The notes under the pieces are model-generated. The model was not told where the DNA came from and ran no database searches. It was given only the letters and a program-made list of their open reading frames with translations. Of a stretch of 64,000 bases of DNA, positions 38,723-47,632 are shown piece after piece. Origin of the DNA: Elusimicrobiaceae bacterium (lineage in GTDB: Bacteria > Elusimicrobiota > Elusimicrobia > Elusimicrobiales > Elusimicrobiaceae); contig JAFXOI010000031.1 of assembly GCA_017528825.1 (NCBI GenBank), positions 26,033 to 90,032 of the forward strand, written 5' to 3'. The position numbers and the translations under genes are program-made. Numbering within the stretch: the stretch's first letter is position 1; the number at the start of each line of letters is the position of its first letter.

Positions 38723-39836
38723 ACAGGTCAAAATTTTAGTAGTTGATGATGATAATAATTTGCGGGAAACCTTAGCTGATTTGCTGGAAATAGAAGGCTA
38801 TAAAGTCTATCAAGCCGGCAATGGGCAGGAGTGCGTTGATTTAATTTCCTCAGAATTTTTTAATTTGATTTTGATGGATTATAACTTACCGGATGAAACC
38901 GGATTAGATTTAATTCGCAAAATCCGCGGGTTTAACCAAGAGACTCAGATTGTAATGATTACCGCCTATGCCTCTCTCAATTCCATCATGGAAGCAATGA
39001 AGGAATCAGTCTATGATTTTTTGATCAAGCCGGTCGATTTTGATTATTTAAAACGTACGATTAATCGTGCCTTGGATAAATACTTTTTGGAACAGAGCAA
39101 CAAAGACTTATTGGCTCAATTAAAGGCGCGCAATGCAGATTTGGATCGTTTGAACAATATGAAATCCAAATTCTTTTCTATCGTGTCTCACGATTTGTCC
39201 AACTCTTTGATGACCTTAAAAATGAGTTTTGATATGCTCAAAAAACGTCTAAATCCCGACGAAGACCAAGCCAAAAAAATGTCCTACATGGATGAATCGT
39301 TGGGGCAGATTGAACATTTAATCAAAGATTTAGTGGACTGGGCGGCTATTGAAAAAGGTAAACTGCGTATTGAAAAAACTAATTTTGAATTAACGTCCAG
39401 TTTGAAGAAAACAGCAGAGATTTTTAAGGACAAAGCCAGTAAACGTTCCATCACGGTCACCTTTGAAAGTGTGGGAGAAATGAATGTGTTTGCCGACGAA
39501 AAACGCATTCGCCAAGTGATTTCCAACATTCTGGAAAATGCGGTGCGTCATACGCCTGATGGCGGACAGATTGCCGTAACCGTAAGCAAACTGGATGAAA
39601 AAAATGCTAAAGTGTCGATAAAGGATTCCGGGGATGGTATTGATCCGGAAAAGGCGCCGGAGTTGTTTACCAGTTTCATGCAACTGGGAGATAAAAGCCG
39701 GGTAGGTCGTTTAGGACTGGGTCTGTCGATTGCCAAGGATATTATTGTCAATCACGGCGGTCGAATTTGGGCGCAGAGTGATGGGTTGGGCTTGGGGGCC
39801 ACCTTCAATTTTACGTTGCCCATCAGCGGACTATAA
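38715..39836 (+). CDS. Hybrid receiver-histidine kinase (REC-HisKA-HATPase)
   Basis: ILVVDDD, LILMD, SHDLSNSL, NILENAVRHT, DSGDGI, GLGLSIAK. ATG 38715. Confidence 0.92.
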   Translation: MDKQVKILVVDDDNNLRETLADLLEIEGYKVYQAGNGQECVDLISSEFFNLILMDYNLPDETGLDLIRKIRGFNQETQIVMITAYASLNSIMEAMKESVYDFLIKPVDFDYLKRTINRALDKYFLEQSNKDLLAQLKARNADLDRLNNMKSKFFSIVSHDLSNSLMTLKMSFDMLKKRLNPDEDQAKKMSYMDESLGQIEHLIKDLVDWAAIEKGKLRIEKTNFELTSSLKKTAEIFKDKASKRSITVTFESVGEMNVFADEKRIRQVISNILENAVRHTPDGGQIAVTVSKLDEKNAKVSIKDSGDGIDPEKAPELFTSFMQLGDKSRVGRLGLGLSIAKDIIVNHGGRIWAQSDGLGLGATFNFTLPISGL

Positions 39837-39868
39837 GCTAGGTGAATTTTGAACGGGAGCAAAATAAT

Positions 39869-40555
39869 ATGACCACGAAAAAGAAAAAAGTGAAAGTGTT
39901 AATCGCAGATGATCAAACTTTATTTCGCGAAGGAATCCGAGATGTATTGAATTCCGAAAAATGGATAGAGGTCATTGGAGAAGCTGCTGACGGATTGGAA
40001 GTGGTAGCGCAAGCCAAAAAACTTAAACCAGATGTAGTGCTCATGGATATTAAGCTGCCTAAACTGGACGGCATTGCCGCTACGCGTAAAATTCGTGAAG
40101 CAGTGCCGGAAGTGAACGTACTCATGCTTTCGTCCTTTGAAGATGAGGCGCACGTATTGGATGCTATTCAAGCCGGAGCCAATGGATATTTGTCTAAAAT
40201 GTTGCCGGCAGCCGAACTTGTTAACGCGATCAAAACATTTACCACAGAAGGATTGATGATTCCGCAACAGTTGATGGGTAAGTTACTTAGCGGACTGCGC
40301 AATATGGGGCCCGGCAATGCTCCCAGTCAGGCCACTTTGACCAAGACGGAAATTAAGGTCATGGATTTGTTAGGAAAAGGGCTGAGTAATAAAGAGTTAG
40401 CCAAAGCACTTGATTGCAGTGTGAAAACGATTAAAAATCATCTCAATAGTGCTTTTCATAAATTGGGAGTCAGTAGCCGTACGGAAGCAGTCGTGAAGGC
40501 TATTGAAAAAGGACTTATTTCCTCAGAAGGAAATACATTCCCGGACGAGGAGTAG
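39869..40555 (+). CDS. NarL/LuxR-family response regulator
   Basis: VLIADD, VLMDIKLP, LTKTE...GLSNKELA...SVKTIKNHL. Confidence 0.94.
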   Translation: MTTKKKKVKVLIADDQTLFREGIRDVLNSEKWIEVIGEAADGLEVVAQAKKLKPDVVLMDIKLPKLDGIAATRKIREAVPEVNVLMLSSFEDEAHVLDAIQAGANGYLSKMLPAAELVNAIKTFTTEGLMIPQQLMGKLLSGLRNMGPGNAPSQATLTKTEIKVMDLLGKGLSNKELAKALDCSVKTIKNHLNSAFHKLGVSSRTEAVVKAIEKGLISSEGNTFPDEE

Positions 40556-40558
40556 ACG

Positions 40559-40744
40559 TTGTTTATGCGCCGAATAAAAGCATTGCTGCGCCTGGCGCGT
40601 AGAAGTCGCCGCGGCCAAGCTACCATCGAATATGTGCTGATGCTTAGCAGCATATTGGTAATCTTGTCGGCTTTTATTTCGGCTTTTCACAAAGATATTG
40701 TGAAATGGTTTTTTATGTTTATCGGGCAATTATTGGCCAAATGA
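40559..40744 (+). CDS. Flp-like minor pilin
   Basis: RRG|QATIEY followed by a hydrophobic helix. Confidence 0.82.
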   Translation: MFMRRIKALLRLARRSRRGQATIEYVLMLSSILVILSAFISAFHKDIVKWFFMFIGQLLAK

Positions 40745-41865
40745 AAACATTTTTACGTACCTGTCAGCACACCCTGCATAGCCGGCAAGCACAAATTTTG
40801 TTGCCGGCAGTAATGTTGGCGCCTATTTTCATTTTGGTTATTTACTTGTTATTTGAAACCTCCAAACTATCCATGACTAAGGTGCGCCAGCAATTCGCCT
40901 TGGACAATGCCGCCTATGCCCAGATGTCTACTGCCAGCACTTACTTAAATGCAACTGCGATGGTGAACGGGATTCCCTACCGCGTTATGCGAACGATGAG
41001 CCAAACGCTCAAACCAAAAAAAACTTCTGAGTTGAAAGGTAATTTTACTGTGTTTGATGTGTTTTACCGCGCAGGCGCATTTCTGTCTATTGGACCTAAC
41101 CATGCCGACCAAGCCATTTCAAACCCGATCCCGGCTGCTGCATCTACTAACTGGGATTTTCAGTATTACGGTGATAAGCGGAAAAACTGGATAAAGGAAG
41201 AACCTTCCGATGCCAACGAAGATATGGAAGAGAAAAAAGATGATGGTGGCAAATACTTAGTTTTAGCGGATAAAGAAATAGTCGACAATTATTTCTTTAC
41301 TTCTACCAACGGCGCCTTGGATAGGGTTAAAGATTATATAGTTATTTTTATTCGTACAGGTTCTATTTATGCTTCCCAGAATTATGCATACAAGGATACC
41401 ATTAAAAAGAGCCGTATGTTTCGCGAAGCAATCTTTCTAAACACGAAGGATTGTCGTAAATCAGAGTGCGGCCAGCAAGGGGCGGCTGTTCTAGACCGTT
41501 TTGAACTAAACACAGTTCCGTTTGAAATTGAAAGAGGCCGCTTTTATTTAACAGCAGACTATGTAGGGTCTACGGCCCATTCCGGTGCATATCCGCTTGA
41601 TTTGGATTTCAATAAAATTATTAAAACGAAATTATTTCAATTTGGCTATTTGGATGCCTCCAGCCGTTCCCGTTTGAAACAACTGGCCAGAGGCATCACG
41701 TTGAAACAAAAATATGTAGTGCCGGAGAACCGTTTTAATATCAATATCACTGCCCGCTACAAACCGTACGTAAAAAATACGGTATCGGTGACATGTCCAC
41801 GCAGCGGCAATAACTGCGTATGGCCCAATCCGTTGCCTAAATACAGTGTGAAGGTGGGCGTATGA
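40741..41865 (+). CDS. tadG: TadG-like pseudopilin
   Basis: RQA|QILLPAVMLAP hydrophobic start, RQQFALDNAAYA (Tad domain pattern), four Cys. Confidence 0.7.
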   Translation: MKTFLRTCQHTLHSRQAQILLPAVMLAPIFILVIYLLFETSKLSMTKVRQQFALDNAAYAQMSTASTYLNATAMVNGIPYRVMRTMSQTLKPKKTSELKGNFTVFDVFYRAGAFLSIGPNHADQAISNPIPAAASTNWDFQYYGDKRKNWIKEEPSDANEDMEEKKDDGGKYLVLADKEIVDNYFFTSTNGALDRVKDYIVIFIRTGSIYASQNYAYKDTIKKSRMFREAIFLNTKDCRKSECGQQGAAVLDRFELNTVPFEIERGRFYLTADYVGSTAHSGAYPLDLDFNKIIKTKLFQFGYLDASSRSRLKQLARGITLKQKYVVPENRFNINITARYKPYVKNTVSVTCPRSGNNCVWPNPLPKYSVKVGV

Positions 41866-42392
41866 GAAAATATAATTTTTCCCGCCACGGTCAAGCCACA
41901 ACCGAAACGGTTCTTCTGTTGCCGGTGATGGTTATTTTTATTCTATTTATTATCAAAATTTTTGGCCTCTTAGTTTTGACCCAAAAGATGGAAATTGCTG
42001 GTTTTTATGCGGCCCGTCGCTATCAGTTGCAGAGCCATACGGCGGATGTTTTAACTCGTTGGGACCGCCGTTTCTTACAAAAAGATATTAAAAAGAAAGT
42101 AGAAGAGTACCTTGGTTTTAATAACCCGGGGATGGTGCGTTTTTTGAGTTTGAAGAGCTTGAAATTGGATATCAATACCAAGGGTACTTGGACAAAGGTA
42201 ACTATGACCGTTTCCACGCGGCCGCCGCAAATTAAGTTTTTGTGTAATTACGATAAGTTGCAAATTTGCGAAAATGATATTTCCTGTTTGCACGGATATG
42301 CTTTCCTGTGCGAAACGGGGGGGCAAATCCAAATCATCAAATACGTCAGTCCTAATGAGCGGCCCTTGCCGTTTGTGCGACCGGAATCGTAG
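41862..42392 (+). CDS. tadE: TadE-like pseudopilin
   Basis: RHG|QATTETVLLLPV, AGFYAARR. Confidence 0.8.
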   Translation: MRKYNFSRHGQATTETVLLLPVMVIFILFIIKIFGLLVLTQKMEIAGFYAARRYQLQSHTADVLTRWDRRFLQKDIKKKVEEYLGFNNPGMVRFLSLKSLKLDINTKGTWTKVTMTVSTRPPQIKFLCNYDKLQICENDISCLHGYAFLCETGGQIQIIKYVSPNERPLPFVRPES

Positions 42393-42452
42393 TAAGAATT
42401 TGTAAAAGATTTCTCGGTTTATCGAGTGATTTGGCAAGTATTAAAAAAACGC

Positions 42453-42481
42453 TTGACAAACCGAAAAAATCAGTTTATACT
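42453..42481 (+). promoter_or_regulatory. Consensus sigma70 promoter of the cargo-array unit
   Basis: TTGACA 42453-58, 17 nt, TATACT 42476-81. Confidence 0.8.
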
Positions 42482-42578
42482 ATAGTAGAAATAGATGTAT
42501 CAGTAAACTCTGTGTTTGAGCGCGGGACATCCCCGCGGGTCAGCAAGAGTGAATTTTTATATTATGGCGAGGTGGAAT

Positions 42579-44216
42579 ATGTTAAAACTGTTCCAGAAAA
42601 AATCGAAGGTGAAGGAAGGTAAACAAACCCAAGCCGATGCCAACGCGCAGACTCAGCAAAAAAAGAAAGAAGCGCCGTTGGCCGCGTTTGGCAAAACATG
42701 GAAGAAATTAAATTCCATGGACCGCAAACAGGCCTATACATGGGGCGCTGTGATACTGGTAGGGGTCATCGGGCTACTGATTTTAGCTTCGGCAGCCTCT
42801 GGTGAGAAAGATGATTTTTCGGATTTTGAAACCCGCGGTTATGACTTGGCAAACATGCCCTTTTCTTCCGATGAAGCGGAGCAATACCTGTTAGCTTCTA
42901 AATATCCGGATATGGAAGAGGGTAATAAAGGGATGGGTCTCTATAGTGCAGAAGAAAAAGAGGCCCGCCAAGAGGAAGATGCAGAGCAAGCCGAACTGGA
43001 TACGTCTGCCTCGTCTTCAGCTTCCGAATATGTGCCGGGGCGCTATTATGGCGGTGGCGGTAGCGGACGCGGCACAGGTGCGCGCACGCAAGTAGGCAGT
43101 TTGGGCAGCGCCAGCATAAAAGGGGCTAGTGGGTCCGGCTTGAGCAGCAAATTCGGCCCGAGCGGAGATTTTTCTAATTTCCGCAGTCAAAATAAAGGTA
43201 GTGACAGAGCACCCGGTCGCCTCCACGGTGGTGATGCCCGCACGGCATTACGACAAACAGCCATGGCCAGCCGGGCAGCTGCTGGGCTGAAAAACGACAA
43301 AATGTTAAATGCCAAAAAAGCTTTGATGGGTGGCAATGTAGAAGGTAGTAAAGCTTTTATGGATGATAGCGGTGCTGTTAACTTAGGCGAAGCCGCCGGT
43401 TTGGATTTAGACACCAATGCTCCTACCAGCAGCGCCGACCTTAGTGGCTTAGATCAAGGATTGAATGATGCCAAAGATAAGGGACAAAAGGACGGAAGCG
43501 ATAACGATGATGAGAAAAATGAGTGGGAAGAATTCGCAATAGAATTCTTGAAAAAGGCAATAGATTTCGGTTTGCAGTTAGCAGAAGGTGCGGTACAGGA
43601 TGCCATTAAAGTGCATCAACAGCAGGTGGCTAACTATCAGGTGGATTTAGCCAATGCGCAGATGGAAGGAAAATTGGATCCTCCTCCGACAAAGCTTAGT
43701 GATGGATCGTCTCTGACAGCAGATATGCTTGGAAATGGGGATGCTAATGTGCAAGCTGGGTTGAAAGGAGCAGGTTGGAGCGTGGCCGAAGGACAAGGGT
43801 TCAGCAATACTTCTGATTCACAGACTTGGACATCAAGTGATGGGCAGACTGTGACTGTCAACAGAACCCCTAAAAAGGATAACGACGGGAACGTGATACC
43901 TGGAGCGTATGATTATTCCTATGCAGATGGGCAAAAAGCTCCCACGGTAACCAAGAAACAGGCCAATGCGTATAATAAATCTGCGCTAAAAACGTACAAT
44001 AACAGTGATCCTGTGAAGAAGTTCAAAAAGCAAAGTTTTGCGCAAACAAAATCGGACTATTACGGTAATACGTCAAGGACAAGTACTTTAGGAACTTCCT
44101 CCGGACAAAATGTAACGTATAACGGTGTGTCGTATTGGGGACGCGTTGGCAAAGATGGTAAATTCCATATAGATGGTGGTGGTACCCTGGATACATGGGA
44201 CGGTAAAGGGCAGTAA
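42579..44216 (+). CDS. Gly/Ser-rich single-TM protein of unknown function (array protein A)
   Basis: ATG 42579 after SD gaggtgg. Basic N-tail, TM (YTWGAVILVGVIGLLILA), low-complexity linker, helical region, Thr/Asp/Gly-rich C-domain. Confidence 0.75.
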   Translation: MLKLFQKKSKVKEGKQTQADANAQTQQKKKEAPLAAFGKTWKKLNSMDRKQAYTWGAVILVGVIGLLILASAASGEKDDFSDFETRGYDLANMPFSSDEAEQYLLASKYPDMEEGNKGMGLYSAEEKEARQEEDAEQAELDTSASSSASEYVPGRYYGGGGSGRGTGARTQVGSLGSASIKGASGSGLSSKFGPSGDFSNFRSQNKGSDRAPGRLHGGDARTALRQTAMASRAAAGLKNDKMLNAKKALMGGNVEGSKAFMDDSGAVNLGEAAGLDLDTNAPTSSADLSGLDQGLNDAKDKGQKDGSDNDDEKNEWEEFAIEFLKKAIDFGLQLAEGAVQDAIKVHQQQVANYQVDLANAQMEGKLDPPPTKLSDGSSLTADMLGNGDANVQAGLKGAGWSVAEGQGFSNTSDSQTWTSSDGQTVTVNRTPKKDNDGNVIPGAYDYSYADGQKAPTVTKKQANAYNKSALKTYNNSDPVKKFKKQSFAQTKSDYYGNTSRTSTLGTSSGQNVTYNGVSYWGRVGKDGKFHIDGGGTLDTWDGKGQ

Positions 44217-44244
44217 TTAATTTTATTTGTAAGGAGCGTAAATT

Positions 44245-45681
44245 ATGAAAATCATAAATTGGATTAAAAATCGCAGCGGTAAATTCGCTCTTTCTACAGC
44301 GCAAGCTATAGGGACGGCCGCAGTGGTAGGCGTGGCAGGTATCGCCGCGTGGCAAATGTTGTCTTCTTCGGGTCCTAATCAGGATACGGCATTTTCCTCT
44401 CAAGACCCGGACGTAGTCTATGTGGCCGGCGGGGCCGGTGGCTCCTACAGCGGCGTTGGATATGGCGAAGGCGGAGAATTGCAAAGCCATATTAATGTAT
44501 CCAAATCCTCCAGCCAACGGCTCATGGAAAGAGATTTTGAACAGGAAAAATTGCGTGGACAAAACCCATCTTCCAGCCAAATGGAGCGGGATGAACAAGC
44601 CATTTCTGCCCATAAAATGAACGGGGCTAGCGAAGGCTTAGGCGTGGGTGTCGGCGCACAAGAAATGGGTAGCGGCACAATGGAAGGCGGAAACAGCCAA
44701 GTGCAAGATCAAATTGCCGCTATTAGTGCCCTGGCTAACCAAAAGAAAGAAGAAGCTGAAGCGGCAGCTGCAGCGGCCGGTGCGGAAGGCGGAGATGTAG
44801 TAGCGGCAGCCGCTAAAGCAGCCGGTTTGAATAAAAGCGGTGGCAAATATGACATGGCTTCCGGCATAGCCCGTAGCGGTAACAGTTATAGCACGAACGC
44901 TTTTGGCGGTTCCACCAGAATAGCCGAAAAAGGCGGGCGCATTAGCCCTAGCGCTGAAACCGATCGTTTAGCTATGGGAAGATCCGGCCAAATGCAAGGT
45001 CCCAATAATGCCAATTTTGGCGGTTATCATGGTAAAGTAGGCAATGACTTGGGCTCTATGGCCAAATATGCCTCTGATGCAAGAAGCAAAAAAATGGCCG
45101 TGAACCAAATGGCTTCTGATCTATATATGTCCGGTGCACAACAAAGCGGCGGTATTAAAGTAGCCAACGATGGCAGTCTAGGATTAGGCGGTGGTGAATC
45201 ATTGGATCTTTTGGACGATGCCGTGCGTGCGCTGGGTATTACAGGCGAAGGTATAGGTGGGGAAACTTATGGACAGGCAAAGCAACGATTGCTTGACGGT
45301 ATATATGACTTACGTACAAAACTAGCGGGTTTAGCTTCTATTCCGTTGATTGGGCCGCTTTTTGCACTCATTCCCTATTTAAATTATCTGAAACAGGTAA
45401 AAGAGTTTAAAGAGAGTTGGGGGGCTAGTGTGATGGAAACTGAAAATACGCAAGGCTCTTTGGCAGATCATCTCAAAAACTGTGCTGACCAAATGTATGG
45501 GTTATCGTGGATGAGTACTGCAATGAGTGTGTTTGGTGTAGTGGGGTTTGTAGCTGGTTTGGAAGGGTCTGTAGTCGGCGTAATAGGTAGTTACAATGCA
45601 TACGCAGCTCAATATTGGCCCGAAGCTGCCGAAGAAGAGGGAGAGGAGAATCCGGATCCGACCAAAGAGAAGAATAAATAA
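44245..45681 (+). CDS. Gly/Ala/Ser-rich protein with prepilin-like leader and hydrophobic C-terminus (array protein B)
   Basis: MKIINWIKNRSG + hydrophobic segment. C-terminal LAGLASIPLIGPLFALIPYL and MSTAMSVFGVVGFVAGL. SD aaggag. Confidence 0.75.
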   Translation: MKIINWIKNRSGKFALSTAQAIGTAAVVGVAGIAAWQMLSSSGPNQDTAFSSQDPDVVYVAGGAGGSYSGVGYGEGGELQSHINVSKSSSQRLMERDFEQEKLRGQNPSSSQMERDEQAISAHKMNGASEGLGVGVGAQEMGSGTMEGGNSQVQDQIAAISALANQKKEEAEAAAAAAGAEGGDVVAAAAKAAGLNKSGGKYDMASGIARSGNSYSTNAFGGSTRIAEKGGRISPSAETDRLAMGRSGQMQGPNNANFGGYHGKVGNDLGSMAKYASDARSKKMAVNQMASDLYMSGAQQSGGIKVANDGSLGLGGGESLDLLDDAVRALGITGEGIGGETYGQAKQRLLDGIYDLRTKLAGLASIPLIGPLFALIPYLNYLKQVKEFKESWGASVMETENTQGSLADHLKNCADQMYGLSWMSTAMSVFGVVGFVAGLEGSVVGVIGSYNAYAAQYWPEAAEEEGEENPDPTKEKNK

Positions 45682-45691
45682 GGAGGAATTT

Positions 45692-47299
45692 ATGAATATA
45701 CTAAAACTACTAAAAAATTGTACAGGTGCTATACGGCCGGCGGGGATTGCCGCGTTGTGTATGACGGGTACAATGGCGTTTATTGGTATTTCCAATTATA
45801 TGTCATCTTCTCCGGCTGCTCAAGAAAAAAAGGTACGTGCTATGGCAGATCTGATGCGTGAGAATCCGTCGGCTGTTCCGAGTATGAATTTTGCCTTTGA
45901 CAAGAATCAATTCGCTTCTGCGGAAGAAAAAGCCAGAATGGAAGGCCAAATGGCTGATAAAGTGTTTGGCGCTGGGGATCAAGCTGCTGAAGCAATAGAA
46001 GGATTGAATTTAGCGTCTAACGGTGCAATCGAAGGTATTGGCAATATTCAAGGTTCTGCCTTGGGAGCTGGAGAGGACAGCTTTGGCTTAAATACGGATA
46101 AGGGTGCCGAAAGTACCGGCGGTAGTGTCCGTGGGGCTGCCCAAAGAGGCAGTACGGACGGCATGGATGAAGCCGTTGCGGGCCAAGCGAAAAAAGAAGT
46201 CAAACAATTGCAGAAAGCATCTGTCAACACTAAAGGCGGCAGTAATTTAGGTAGCGGGACAGGTTCTCTCAGCGGTGCAAATAGCTCCGCAGCAGGACGT
46301 TCCGTAGGCCAAGAAAGAGCGAGCCGCATTAATCCCAGTGCTCGGGGTGCAGGGTCTATTACCGGGGCGATGGGTGACGGTACTACGGGACTGATTGCCA
46401 GCGGTGCCCAATATCGCGGCATGCACAGTACCTCCTATAAAGGCAATAACCGGTTCTCTTCTTCTCACAGCGGACAACAAATGGGAAAAGAACTAAACAG
46501 TTTGAAACAAATTGCACAAGATTCTGCTAAGATTGCCGATTCAATAGGCAAATCTGCTAACGAGGGAAGCCGTGCATTTTGGGGCAATAAATCTTTATCG
46601 GCAGTGATGGATGTAGATGGTTATCAGACAGGAGTAGGTGGTGGTGAGCTGCCGAGTGCTGAATTCCATAAGCAGCCATCTATTGATAATCTCGATACGG
46701 AAATGGATAAGCAGAAGAAGTTGGAAGCCGAACGGGAGGAGGCTCGTAGAAACCTAAAAACTCAGCTTATCTCTCTGCTTTTTGCCGCCCTGGGAGCCGC
46801 GATAGGTATTGCTGCTCTTAAAAAACTGGGTCCGTGGGGAATAGCAGGTGCTGCGATTCTCTTAGCTGGAATATGTGCATGGTCTATTGCTTTTATCGTA
46901 CAGGCCGGCAGATATATGAGCAAGTTCGGTTCTGACGGAATTAGTATTGCAAGTATCGTAGTGGGTGTCTTGTGTATAGCGGCAGTTGTTATCGCTTTTG
47001 CGGTCGGTGATTTCGGATCGCAAGCGAGCGCAGCCGAGGGAGAATCGTCAGCAGCTCTTGGAGAATCTGCTGCAGAAGCCGGCGCGGAAGCCGGTGCAGA
47101 AGCCGGTGCCGCGGCAGCTGGAGAAGCCGGTGCCACTGCGGCTAGTGGAGCAAGTGCTGGAACAAGCGCAATGGCGGCATTGGGAGGAGGAACTTCTGTA
47201 CTTATGGGTGGAAAAGAAGCTGTTGAGGGTATTATCAACTCAGCGGATCCCAATTTAGCTACTGGTGACGGTTCGGGTTCAGGTGGCGGTAAAAAATAA
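45692..47299 (+). CDS. Gly/Ala/Ser-rich protein with prepilin-like leader, coiled coil and three hydrophobic helices (array protein C)
   Basis: ATG 45692 after aggagg. MNILKLLKNCTG + hydrophobic segment, KQKKLEAEREEARR, then three long apolar helices. Confidence 0.75.
   Translation: MNILKLLKNCTGAIRPAGIAALCMTGTMAFIGISNYMSSSPAAQEKKVRAMADLMRENPSAVPSMNFAFDKNQFASAEEKARMEGQMADKVFGAGDQAAEAIEGLNLASNGAIEGIGNIQGSALGAGEDSFGLNTDKGAESTGGSVRGAAQRGSTDGMDEAVAGQAKKEVKQLQKASVNTKGGSNLGSGTGSLSGANSSAAGRSVGQERASRINPSARGAGSITGAMGDGTTGLIASGAQYRGMHSTSYKGNNRFSSSHSGQQMGKELNSLKQIAQDSAKIADSIGKSANEGSRAFWGNKSLSAVMDVDGYQTGVGGGELPSAEFHKQPSIDNLDTEMDKQKKLEAEREEARRNLKTQLISLLFAALGAAIGIAALKKLGPWGIAGAAILLAGICAWSIAFIVQAGRYMSKFGSDGISIASIVVGVLCIAAVVIAFAVGDFGSQASAAEGESSAALGESAAEAGAEAGAEAGAAAAGEAGATAASGASAGTSAMAALGGGTSVLMGGKEAVEGIINSADPNLATGDGSGSGGGKK
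47072..47131 (+). repeat. 12-bp in-frame tandem repeat (AEAG)
   Basis: gcagaagccggc / gcggaagccggt / gcagaagccggt, plus ggagaagccggt at 47120. Confidence 0.75.
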
Positions 47300-47311
47300 T
47301 AAGGTCCACTT

Positions 47312-47623
47312 ATGGCAAAAATAGATATGGTATTGAAAAAGGTGTTTAATGTAACGGTGTTGGTGTGTCTTTTCATAACAGGATTGTTGTTATCAGTGTA
47401 TTTTGCATACCAACAACGGCAGGCGGAGCGGGAGCTGATTTATCTCAAGGCGCGGGAACTGGTTAAGCAAGAACAACAGGACCGCTTACGAGATTATCAA
47501 AAACGCTTACAACAGCGCCGTCTGACCCAAGAGTATAACAAAGGCCGCGTGGTAAATATGAACCAACCAACCCAACCGGCCCAATCGGCTGCCCCGGCAG
47601 ATACGGCAGCAGCCCAGAAATAG
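47312..47623 (+). CDS. Small TM + coiled-coil protein
   Basis: 103 aa, one TM, then a Gln/Arg-rich helix. Confidence 0.7.
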   Translation: MAKIDMVLKKVFNVTVLVCLFITGLLLSVYFAYQQRQAERELIYLKARELVKQEQQDRLRDYQKRLQQRRLTQEYNKGRVVNMNQPTQPAQSAAPADTAAAQK

Positions 47624-47632
47624 GAGTTTAGC

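Noticed and set aside
44023-44613. 196-aa minus-strand ORF, and the many other 60-160 aa ORFs nested in or antisense to long genes
   Set aside because: They overlap well-supported + strand genes and have no recognisable motifs; treated as chance frames.
45596-45691. N-terminal extension of array protein C (likewise 42516-42578 for protein A)
   Set aside because: Strong SDs precede ATG 45692 and ATG 42579. The extensions overlap the upstream gene or the leader hairpin.
44245-47299. Type III secretion system implied by translocator-like proteins
   Set aside because: No SctN/R/S/T/U/V genes. The ATPase and secretin present are Tad-type, and the similarity is architectural only.
46762-47376. 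204-aa minus-strand Ala/Pro/Ser-rich ORF
   Set aside because: Antisense shadow of the Gly/Ala-rich end of protein C. No SD or motif.
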